Positions 38,951 to 49,749 of a DNA stretch of 64,000 nucleotides are shown one piece after another. The number at the start of each line of letters is the position of its first letter. The stretch's first letter is position 1. The stretch is taken from contig OZ296650.1 in the NCBI GenBank assembly GCA_965655095.1, positions 102,114,001 to 102,178,000 of the forward strand, in the 5' to 3' direction. This DNA is from Haplodiscus bocki. Taxonomy: Eukaryota. Position numbers and translations under genes: made by a program. Under the pieces are notes generated by a model, which saw only the letters and a list, made by a program, of their open reading frames with translations, was not told the DNA's origin and searched no databases.

Positions 38951-41760
38951 TTATGAAGTGCATTGAGGGCATCTGCAAGCTATTCGCCAGGTGCACAGGT
39001 TGTTTTCATTGTACTTTGTTTCAAAGAAGTTCCAGAAGTTGCGGAGAATTTTGGGTTTCAACCCAATTGTTTTCGTGATAACAAAACAGGGGAGGAATTT
39101 GATGAGGCGGCAGGTTCTTGTGAAGAATTCTTGTTGAGCATTTTCAAATTTGGGAGTTTGGACGACTGGGATGATGCGATCTTCTCTTCTAGGTCCTTGT
39201 TCGAGGGATAGAAAACCTTCGAGGTTGAAGGCGTACTGTCCGTTGCAGATGTTTGAAAGTAGGAGGATATCTAGCATTTGTAGGTATAGAGGGACTGGGA
39301 GTAAGTCGAGCTTTATGAGGCGGTCTTTGTAATCCTTGATAGATGGGATGATCCAGTTTGTTACTCTTTTCTGGAGTTGCTCAATTTTCTTCATGTCCCC
39401 GCGAGAGGGGAACCAACAGGAAGATGCAAAGCAGAGAACAGATAGGACTGTGCTTTTGTAGAGATTTAGCTTAGAGGAGGTGCTCAAGTTGGGAGAGACA
39501 TTTCGTTTCAGAAGGTAGAAAGCTCCATAAGCTTTTCCTAGGCGGAGTGAGATATGATCGGACCAGGTGAGACTGCTGTCGACGAGGAGTCCCAGGTCGC
39601 GGTGGGAGTCTACGACTTCGAGTTTCACATAGCAGAACGTGTACTCTGGAGGAGGACCGTGGAAGCAGATTACTTTACTTTTGGAGGGGTGGAAGCACAT
39701 TTTGTTGGTCGAGGCCCACTTTTCGAGGACTGGGAGGGCATTGAAGAGGTGTGAGTTTGACGCTATTAATTTCCCATCGTCGGCTAACATGAATATAGTC
39801 GCGTGGACTAACTTGATCAGTTCGGGCAGATAGTCGATGTAAACCAGAAAGAAGAGTATTGCGAGAAGAGCCCCTGTGGGACTCCGCTGGTTACATCTAG
39901 ATTACCGGACACACTACCATCGACGTCGACGTGCTGTTTTCTGTTTGTTAGGTAGTCCTGGATGAGTAGAAGAAGTTTTCCTCGAATTCCCTTTGCATAA
40001 AGTTTCCTTAGTAGAATTGAGTGGTCGACTTTGTCGAAAGCTTTGCGGAGGTCAAGATAGAGCGCGTGGGTTGTTAACCTCTGATCTTTGCTGTTGTAGA
40101 TAATGTTGAGCGAGGCTAGTAATTGGATTATATAGGAGCGCCCTTTTCTGAATCCATATTGGGCGTCGGAGAGGGTAGGGGAGATGATTTCCCAGACATT
40201 GGTGTAGATACATTTTTCGAAGACTTTGCTTGCGCAGGGAAGTAGGGCAACTGGCCTGTAATTGGAGACTGAGTCTTTTGCTCCGTCTTTAAACAGAGGT
40301 TTGATGCTTGCAATTTTCCACTGGGAAGGGAATTTGCCCACTTGTTTGGATTTGGTGAAAATATTGGATATGGGTTTTGCTAGGCCTGTGGAGCAGGTTT
40401 TGAGAAGGCGTGAGGGTAAGCCGTCAGCTCCCGTGGCTTTTGAAGTGTCGAGATTTGATAGGATCTCGGTGACTTTGCTGACTGAGGTGTCGAATGAACT
40501 GTCGGGGTGATAGTCGAATGCTTCGGGAGGTAAGGCTGGCTCGGAGGATTTGGTATTGAATACTGAATGAAAGTATTGATTTAGCATGTGGGCTTTCTCG
40601 AGACTGCTATGTGCAGAGTCGGCACCGTTTTTGAGAACGGGAGGGAGGTGGGCCCCCTTCTTAAGATTCTTCAAATGTTTGAATATGTGTTCGGAGTTTC
40701 GGCTCTCGGAAAGACGTGCCTGGTATGTACACAGGTCATCATCGGCGCTGCAAGATACTCTTTCTTTGAAAGAGAGCAGTTTGGTTTGGTACGATGTGGT
40801 GAGTTTTGGATTGCTTTCGAGCGTGTTGAGTTTCTTCATCAGATGAGAGGTCTCTGGGGAGATCCTGGGTCGTAGTCGAGAGCGATGCACAGATTTCAGA
40901 GGTACGAACTTGTTAAGCAGAGGTTTGAGCCATTCATGCCAGAGGGCTAGGAGAAGCGCGGGGTTTGTCCAGCAGTAGGGCAGGAATGGGGAATCGAGAG
41001 CAGCCCTGTTGAGCCCTTCGTGATCAATTTTGTTGAAATTGAAGGACTTGGAAACCCTTTCGAGGGGTGCTAAGGCATTGACATTTGGTTTGATGGAGAC
41101 AGGGTGGTGGTCTGAGAGTGGCGAGTTGTTTAGATATGCGTCGTCCGTCGCTAGAGAGGATATGACTAGATCGGGGTTATCTGTGAGGCAGAGATCCAGA
41201 GTTTTGGAAGCGGTCGTGATGGAATGATTCAGTTGATGCAGATTGTGCTCCATGAAGAAGTCAATGCAATTTAGTTCGTAGTCCGAGTTTGTCGAGTTGT
41301 CCTCCCAGTTTATCCCTGAGAGGTTGAGGTCTCCTGTTAGAATAACTCGAGGTTTGGAGTTTGATTATTTTACTTGGCACAGAATGGACTCGAAAGTGGA
41401 TGGTTGCCATCTGTAGTTGCTGCCCGATGGTGGGTTGTAAACGTTAACAATTACAAAAGGCTTGTTTGATTGGATAGTGGTAACAACACAGCAGCAGCCA
41501 GTGGGTAGAGAGAGCGGGATTATTTCATGGCTGATAGAGCTTCTGACAGCCGTGAGCACCCCGCCGTGCTGGGATGCATCTCTTTCAGAACGTAGGCAGT
41601 TGCACTTGGGGAGGAAGAGTTCAGTGTCTCTGAAACTGCTGTCAAGCCAGGTTTCGCAGAGGCATAGGATGTCGAAGGGGTTGGCTGAGATGAAGTTTGC
41701 AATGCAGGTTCTTCTTTGCTGAGATATGAGGCTTCGAACGTTGTTGGGATAGTCAAGCAG
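38951..41760 (-). pseudogene. LINE-B ORF2: APE plus RT (stop at 41365, frameshift near 39860)
   Basis: NNVRSL, CLCETWL, ITGDLN, SDHHP; YRPVALL, QYGFR, YLDLRKAFDKV, GVPQG, LADD; terminal CTWRIACRCPQC. Confidence 0.92.
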
Positions 41761-42605
41761 AGGAAGCAGCACTGCCTCCATCAGGAGGCCCCTTCTCGTC
41801 TTCGCATGTAAGGTCATCGAGCAGGACGTTGCCTAGAAACAGTTGAAAGTTTTTGATTTTAAGCGATTTGGCTTGAACGCCTGAGTTTATCAGCTCTCGG
41901 CGCTTTTTGAGGAATTTGCGTTCTTTGATGATGTCTTCTTGAGAGAGACTGGGGGAGAGGAAGGCTTTAAATTTGGTGAAGCCTCGGAGTAGTGAAGCTT
42001 TCCCCAGGATTTGTTTTGCCTCCCAGACGTTTGCCACGGTTAGTAAGGTTGACCGGGGTCGGGTGCGTTTCTCTTTGAATGATGGTTTGAATTTTCCGAG
42101 GCGTCGCGCATCGACAATGGTTGGTCTTTCATCTAAGAAGTCGAGAACCTCTTTGACTTTCGCTGCTTCCTGGTTGACGATGCTGGTAGTGTTATCTGGG
42201 TTCTCCGGAGAGGATGTGGTGGCCTCGGGAATTCCATCGATTCTTATTTGGCACAAAATGCTTTGAGAGACCGCTTTTTGGCCGGGGTACAGCAGGCTCT
42301 TTTTGAGCTTGGTATTGCGCAGAGGGACCTGAGGCTTGAACTGGCATTGCTGATTCTAATTTCTTTATGACCACTTCTTTGATTTCCTCGAACTTGCTTT
42401 CGTTGGAGGCAAGTCTTTGGACGAGTTCGTTGTTTTGCGCTTTGGCATCGGCAAGCTGGGATAGAGCCTCTCTGAGGAGGCATTCTAATGTAGCTTTGTT
42501 GGACCTGCCGGTGAAGCTGCTCAGTTCAGCTGGCTCCACTGTGAGAAGCTCTGCGATGGTGGGATAATAGTTCTTGTCTGAGGGGAGACAAGTTCTAGAT
42601 GTCAT
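41753..42605 (-). pseudogene. LINE-B ORF1 (coiled coil plus RRM-like/CTD region), frameshift near 42250
   Basis: Two overlapping pieces, 42192-42605 and 41753-42256. IRIDGIPE...RRLG...RPRS...LKKRRELI is homologous to the LINE-A ORF1 C-terminus. Confidence 0.8.
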
Positions 42606-42626
42606 TGTGAGGCGGGGATCTTATGC

Positions 42627-43000
42627 TCTTAGGAGGACCCCGGAGGGTGCCCACGAGATGTTCCCGACAGATAACACCAGAGAATTCTCAGAAAGACCCC
42701 GGAGGGTGCCCAGGAGAAATTTTTTGGCGGAGAGGGTGGCAAAGAGTTAGCGGAAGAGAGTTCTCAGGAGGACCCCGGAGGGTGCCCAGGAGAAAGTGGA
42801 GGAGATTTCTCAGGAGGACCCCGGAGGGTGCCCAGGAGAAAATTCTTGGCCGAGACGGTAGGATAGAATGAGGTTTGGTTTGGCTGAGAAGGGAAAAATC
42901 TCGGAAACTCGTGAGGTACCTGGAGGGAGGTGTGCAAGGAACACTAGATACAAGGAAAGAGGCAGCTTCAGAGGACCTCGGAGGGTGCCCGTGGAAGCTG
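42627..43000 (-). repeat. Five ~34-bp hairpin repeats with unique spacers
   Basis: TTCTCAGGAGGACCCCGGAGGGTGCCCAGGAGAA (+ strand) exact at 42761 and 42807, with variants at 42627, 42685 and 42963. A possible degenerate copy lies near 42910. Confidence 0.9.
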
Positions 43001-43018
43001 GGAAAATTCTAACCTGGT

Positions 43019-43630
43019 TTAGGCTGAGTAGAGGCCGCACTTGCACTTGTTGCCCGAGCACTCGTGGCGTTGGATGTCGCCGGCGTTGTGGATGTCCGTG
43101 CTGTGGTTCTCGTAGAGAATGTTGTTTTTGAGGATGCTGCGGAGACCCACTAGACCTTGCTCGCTGAGATGGATATCGTCGGATCCAAGGTGATGACTGG
43201 CGTATATGCGCTTGGATACTCCCCGATATTGGTAGCCCTCTCTTTCCCTTAGGAGCTCGTTGACTGCGGATACACGCTTTTTGGCGGCAGCACCGTCGAA
43301 ACGGAAAGGGATAGCAAGAACGTAAACTTTCCTGGTGAGGAGAAGGGCTTCCTCAGCGAGCTCAATCAGCTCGTTGGCCACTTGAACTGGGGTGACTGAG
43401 CTGAACACAGGGATTCCTGCTCGGGTTGTTGTCTCAAATAGGTCGTTTCCCCCAATGAAGATAATGATAATGTCGTAGGCACCTTTCTTTGGGAGGAAGT
43501 TACGGTCGTGGCAAACTTTTCCACCAGGGATACTTAAGATGTTGAGGTTGGGATAGGTGAGATACTGGGTTTGGGAATCTGAGATGAGAAGGAACTTCGT
43601 TGTTGATGACTTAAGGATGTGGAATCGCAT
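43019..43630 (-). CDS. LINE-B ORF0: SGNH/GDSL esterase with C-terminal Cys cluster
   Basis: ISDSQ, IPGGK, FIGGND and DDIH blocks intact; ends HECSGNKCKCGLYSA. Confidence 0.88.
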   Translation of the reverse strand: MRFHILKSSTTKFLLISDSQTQYLTYPNLNILSIPGGKVCHDRNFLPKKGAYDIIIIFIGGNDLFETTTRAGIPVFSSVTPVQVANELIELAEEALLLTRKVYVLAIPFRFDGAAAKKRVSAVNELLREREGYQYRGVSKRIYASHHLGSDDIHLSEQGLVGLRSILKNNILYENHSTDIHNAGDIQRHECSGNKCKCGLYSA

Positions 43631-43679
43631 CTGCTTTCCGCCTATCTCTGAAATCCTTCAGTCGAAGGCGGTCTCATAG

Positions 43680-46150
43680 GCATAGTACACCATATCACAT
43701 GAAAAAGTCTATTTAATAAGTTTGCCAGTGACATCAATGAAACAACAAATGCCAACAAAAACAGTGACATCACCTTGTGAGCAAACAGATGACGGCGTAA
43801 CGGAACCACGCCCAGCGAGGTCTGTGTTAAGGGACAGGGCACACTTGGTCGTCATCCTGCTACTGTTCCAAGACGGGTGAAGATAGGAATGTGAAAATCT
43901 TCAAGTCGAAAAACTGGAATATGTTAAGGACGAGATGAAGCGTTGGGATGTTGATGTAATGTGCATTGCAGAGATGAGATAGAAAGGATCAGCGTGCAAC
44001 AATAGTGGACAACAGACAGTGATCTACTCCGGTAAAGACAGCAGTGCAGAAAGCGGAGTAGGCGTGATTCTAACTGAGCGCATGTCCAGAACTCTGATAG
44101 GGGGTTTGGCCATCTCAGACAGGCTTTTGGTGCGAACTTCAGCGCGTCACCGTTCGATCTGCTCATAATCTAGATGTATGCACCAATTGCGCAATCGGAC
44201 GACTCCACAGTAGAAATTTCATGAAGAAGCTATGAAACAAGCAAAAAAAGTTGAGATTTTTCGATTGTAATGGGTAATTTTAACGCAAAAATTGGACAAT
44301 CAAGTCCCAGCTAAAAAAGGGCAAAATTTAAGCCATGAATGATGTAAGACAAAATGTAAATGAAATAGCGACGTAACTGCAAACAAAACATCGAAAGATA
44401 CCACGAATTGAACCGATTTGTCAAACTGCTATGTATTGAGAGAAGTTTTGTAAGCGAATCGAGAAAAAATTGAGAAAACCATAAATTGTTCATGGAGAGA
44501 ATGTCATCGACTCATCAGGAAGACGACCCAAAAAAGTACAGCCAGTTAGGTTGCGCAGTAATTGAATATGAGAGAAGACAATTACTCTTTGAGTCGAAAG
44601 ACAACCTACTGCGTTTGGAGATTTATAGTAATTTACTTTACAAAGACGATTCGAAAGATACTGAAACTATAGCTTTCGAGGAGCAACTTTCTAGTGAACC
44701 AATTTTGCGTGAAGAAGTTCAGAGTGCTCTGAGAAGTGAGAGGCTCGTCAAAGCCAGCGGCGAGGATGGAATCACAGCGGACTTCAAGGTGAAAACTTGC
44801 GATCGAGTTATTGACTTTCTCATGTTCTTCAAGGAAACCTACGAAGAAGGAGACATTCCTGGAGAGTTGAGAAAAAACATTATCCCTCTACTAAAGAAAC
44901 CACGAGCACAGGAGTGTAAGGAGTTTAGAGCTATTGCGTCAATGAGTCACAAGACGAAATTTCTGCAGAAGATCCTACTCAAGAGGATAAGATGGTAGAG
45001 AAGCAAACTTATTCAAAACCATGTATGGATTCTTACAAGACAAGGGCACCGGAAAGGAAAATTATGTTTTCAAGACTCTGGCTGAACGCTGTCGTGAAGG
45101 GAATGTCTATCTTACTGTTTCATAGATTACACAAAAGCGCTTGATAGTGCAACATAACTTGTTCGAAATCTTAAGCGGAAGAGATTTGACCGATAACGAT
45201 TTAAAGGTGGAACAAGACTTGTAATTCAACCAGACTGGAGCAATACGAGTGGAAAACGATTTATCTGGTAATCTTCCCCTTGCTATTGATGTTCGGCAAA
45301 GCGACACCCCTCCTCCCGATTTCTTAACACTCTACTCGGAAATGATAAATGCAAGCATTGAAGGCGTTCGAGTTATTGGCATTAATCTCAACAACATCAG
45401 ATATGCAGATGACACAGTTCTAGCGACGAACGGAAAAAATGTCAAAAAACGAACGGAGAAAACATAGATGAACAGAGACAAAATTTTAATACGGAGATGA
45501 ATTCGAAGAAAACGAAAGTTGTGGTAATATCAAGGAATCCAAATGTACCAGCGAACATAACACTCAACAACAAAACGCGAAAACAAGTCAAAGCTCTCAT
45601 AATCATAATTGGTTCAATCATAATTGAAGATAGGAGCCAGCGGGAAAAATTGATCAGAGTTGAAGCTAAATAAGCCTTCCAGAAAATGAAGAGGTTCTTT
45701 CAAAGCTAAAATTGACAATGTGCACAAGATTCAGAACACTCAGATTTTTTTATGAGCCCCTTTTTGTGTCCGGCTGTGAAACCTGGACATTGGTGGCAGC
45801 AGAGAAGAACAAGTTAATGGCCACCGAAATTGGGTTCTTGAGAAGGATGCTGAAAATCAAGTTTACAGACAAAATTTCAAATACTGAAGTCCCCGAAAGA
45901 GCTGGGAAGCAAAGTTGGATCATGAAAACAATAAACAGGCGGCAAACAACCCTCTTTGGGCAAGTTAGGACAAGTGGTTATAACTTGGAAGATCATTGGC
46001 AAAAGATCGAAAGGGAGGCAACCAAGGAAGGTCACCAATCAAATTTGAGAAGGGACTGAGAGTAGTGCAAACAGTGCCGTTTTACCACCTGCAAGAGAGA
46101 GAAAACTCATGGTCGCCTACATCTTTTGACATGGCACTCCATAGAAGAAG
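43680..46150 (+). mobile_element. Degenerate RTE-clade LINE (APE-RT) with a short (AAG)n tail; its 5' part may be 38720-38887
   Basis: KLEYVKDEMKRWDVDVMCIAEMR, IVMGNFNAKIG, ECKEFRAIASMSH, NNIRYADDTVL, GCETWTL...RRMLKI; AGAAGAAG at 46143-46150. Confidence 0.85.
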
Positions 46151-46462
46151 ACACCTGTACAATACAAATTAAAACATCAGTTAAGCATTAGTAAAAAGGT
46201 TGAATTGAAAAGAGTATGAAAATGAGGACATCTGGGAAGAAAAATAGTTCCATAAGAAAAATACAATTGTTTCCATTAGAAGTATCTGAAAAAAAAGGTT
46301 TAGCAATGCAATAGTTATATCCAAATCTTTCGGCTCCGATATCAGAAACCAGATCAAAACGACAGGCGAAAATTATGGATTCAGTGATTGTATTGCATAA
46401 ATTAGTACCTGAAACGACATTAAAAACAGCAATAATCATCATGTACAGGCATGAATTGATAC

Positions 46463-46709
46463 CTTTCGTATACTGGCGTTTGCGGTTGTGTTTCCAATCA
46501 GATCTCGAATTGTGTGAGACATGATTTTCAGTAGCTTCGCAGTCACCAACCTCTGTCACATCTGATTGATTGCTGTCCTCTGTATCAGTCTCACCTTCCT
46601 CGTCATCATCTAACAACATCCCATCTTCGTAATCATCATCGGCATTATTTGTCAGCTCGCCGTCATCACTCAAAATTTCACCCTCACTGATGTCATCATC
46701 GGAATCCAT
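46463..46709 (-). CDS. Probable first coding exon of a host gene with an acidic N-terminus (exon 46463-46750)
   Basis: MDSDDDISEGEILSDDGE...KRQYTK. On the minus strand, acceptor TTTCAG|G at 46750 and donor AAG|GTATCA at 46463/46462. The protein-like composition stops at the donor. Confidence 0.6.
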
Positions 46710-48039
46710 TTTACTCCATTATTTATAATGTAACAACCAAAACATTCATCCTGAAATCAGCGTGAGTGTTAAAGGGACTTCTAGGCACGGATGAACTTTT
46801 GTCTCAAATGTATTCAAGCGTAACCATGAGCGGATAGGCCGCAACGTACAATAATTTTCTTCGCAGTAGACTGAGCAAAGCATGAGCCCCCAATGGGTTT
46901 TACAAAATTCGATTTCTCCGCGATCACAAGAACTGCACAGACTTGAGCTAATTGTAGCCTTTTTGCAGGGTTAGATTTTGCGGCCTTAATTCGAATGAGG
47001 CTTCAAATTCATATGCGGACAGTCGGAAAAAAATTGGGACAGCTAACTTGCCTGTCTCAGGGAAATGAATTACTCTGATCTAATTGCGTCTAGATTAATA
47101 TTGGTTACCGTAAATGCGAATAAATTTTTAAATTCTTACATTTTACACTGTCATTCAGCATCCACTGTCAGGATTCAACCTTCGACTGATTTCTCGATTT
47201 TTGGTTGCAGCTTCTATTAATGTGCGTCTTCAAATACTTTCAATAAACTTTGGTGGGCTTGAATTAGAAAGTGGCCTCAATTCAATTGCGGCTATAACTC
47301 GATTACATACAATCAATCTGACTTCTCAGACTCGAGTCATCGGGAGACACATCATCTTTACCCTGATAATTCTCATCAAATGACTGTTTTAAATGTCACG
47401 TCGCAATGGATACTTGCGATCATCTCCATCAGTTCAAGATCAATCAATTAATAGTAATTTTCAGGTAAAGTGTGCAACGAACTTGTGCAGATAACCCAAT
47501 CGGTATGACCCGTGATCAGGCAGCGTGGTTCAAGAGCAACAGCGCGGTAACCCAGAAAACCATCGTTGGGCAAATATATACCCTCATGAAATAGTTTCCC
47601 ATTGAAGTGTTTCACATTGCGTGATGGCTAAAACAATCAAAGTGACAAATCAGGGCCAACTCAATAATTAGGTGGACGTTTCTGAGCCAGAGGGGCGTGG
47701 CAAGTGGACTTGGTGACGCGGATACACAGTCGATCTTTCAGGGTCGGCCGGGGTGATTCCTGTCAACAATGGTTTCATTATGCGTGCTCCAACCTACCTT
47801 CAACAAATTGGCTTTTCTTGAATTAGAAGCACATTTTATACGATTGCAAGACTTGCATCTCTGAAAAATATGTGTGTAATGTTCGGGAATATCCATTCAA
47901 ACGACCCAGCGGACCGAGTTAATTGTTGCTTGTTTTGTAGTTGCGGAATTCAGATGGAGAGCAACTGAGAAAACTCGCCTACAACATAGTGTCTTTAACC
48001 TACAAAGCCGGTTCGATGAAGAGGGCATGAGAATGAGAG

Positions 48040-48790
48040 AAGTTCTAACTTGTCGACAATAGAGAAAATTTGACTGCTGAACAAAACTTCAGAAAAATTT
48101 GAGCTCCAAATAGTCACAGACATTGGCTTGTCTATGAAATCTTAGTTGACAATAAAACTGTTACTTGAGAACCATGAAGGCTCTTGCGTTGTTGTCCACA
48201 GTGAAACGGATCCCATTTGATATAATTTCAAAGGAGATCTGACTAAATGAAAAGCAATTTGAGAAACCTGGAGCAAGTACAGCGTAAAGCAAACAAGTGG
48301 ATCCTCAAGTCCAATGCAGACAACGAATCCAGATTAGTTACCACCAAATTACTGTCAACCTCCATGTACTGTGAACTTCAAGTAGCCTAGATACCAAACA
48401 AGTGGAGAATTCCGTAAACCTGGAAACGGTACAGGACAATCGATAAACCAGACAAGCAATCAGAAGGGAACTGAAGATCAAAAAAACTAAGTTGAAACAA
48501 GTGACAAAAATATATTTAACAGGGGGACGCCTACTGTACGACGGTATTGAGAAAACTGTGTGAAACAAAAAGGGTTTGGAACAAAAACAGCTCAACGAAA
48601 ATCCACTGGAGTTATTCCGGAAACTTCTACAAAAAGACCACGCAAGCACAAGACAAACCTGGCGTGGAGATGGAGAATGCAACACTGAAAACTTTGAGAT
48701 GACCAGATCAAGAAGGGTGGAAAACCGCTAGCTTCACCTGAATACCTCCCTTACTACTACTAATACTACTAGTAGTACTAGTGCTACTAA
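48040..48790 (+). mobile_element. 5'-truncated degenerate CR1/L2 LINE 3' end with an (ACT)n-like tail
   Basis: NLEQVQRKANKWIL-like post-RT peptide, TWRGDGEC end, and ACTACTACTAATACTACT from ~48753. Confidence 0.6.
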
Positions 48791-49749
48791 AACTGCTAGT
48801 TTTCGATTACAATCAGTGATGTGTCGAAGTGTTATCAAAAGCTTCAATACCTGAGTCAGTCTAAAAATTTTCATCGAAATTGTGATAAACTTAAATAGTT
48901 TCATATATGGCTGATTATCAAGTCAAAACCAGGACTGGGCCCACGACGTCTGGTGTTGGTGGCAAGGACTATTACCAGAGCATTGGCGAGCTTCTCCAGG
49001 CCGGACCAGACCAGTTCCGACTTCTCACTGGCAAAATGACCAAAGACTGGCTGATCTTTCTTCTTAAAGCCTAATTGTTGTGATAAACTTAATAAAAACG
49101 TTTGATGGTTGCTGGGAACGGCCGGCGAGGGTCTAGCCGGGATGACTGTCAGAAGTGTGCAAAGAAGACTGGAGAAAAAGACTACATCCAATCTAAACAA
49201 TTCGAATCATGGTTTCATCTACCCAGTACCTCACTCCCCAGGGAAGTCTATCCATTTGTATCGGTTTCTGAAAATCTTTCCTTCAAATGTGCAACTGTCT
49301 GAAATGTGACCTGAAAGCTGCAACACAAAAAGTTGAAAAAATCTAAAATCCGTGATATCGGACACCCTTACCCAGGAGCTATCAGAAATTTCTCAAGCCA
49401 GCTCCAGTACAGTAAAGTCATTCGCTTCCAATATCGAAACTCAGAAAACAACTTTCGATGAAAAAGATTACTGGAATTCCTATACCCCGGCTGCCTGAAC
49501 AAAGGGGCACAGGCGCGAAGAAATTTCAGGGAATTCAATACTTGAGATTTTTGGTATTGGTATTGAGCACTTTTGGTATTGGAATTGGTATTGGTATTGA
49601 GTCAATACCTGGGTTAGTGAATGGTATTGACCCAATCGTGAACTGGTATTGAAAATACGCATGTACATCAAAAATGGTCTTATCTTACCCCTAATGAAGG
49701 ATTTGTGCTCTAAACAGCCAAAATAAGCATGAACATGAAAAAATGAGTA

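Larger units (their letters stand above)
38888..43680 (-). mobile_element. Near full-length CR1/L2-type LINE ('LINE-B') with the same layout as LINE-A and a (TTA)n tail
   Basis: (AAT)n at 38888-38905 on the + strand. ORF2, ORF1, repeat array and esterase ORF0 all on the minus strand. Confidence 0.9.

Noticed and set aside
42627-43000. CRISPR array call (also 21502-21678)
   Set aside because: Eukaryotic LINE context, no cas genes, very uneven spacers (12-122 nt) and few units. Reported as structured repeat arrays instead.
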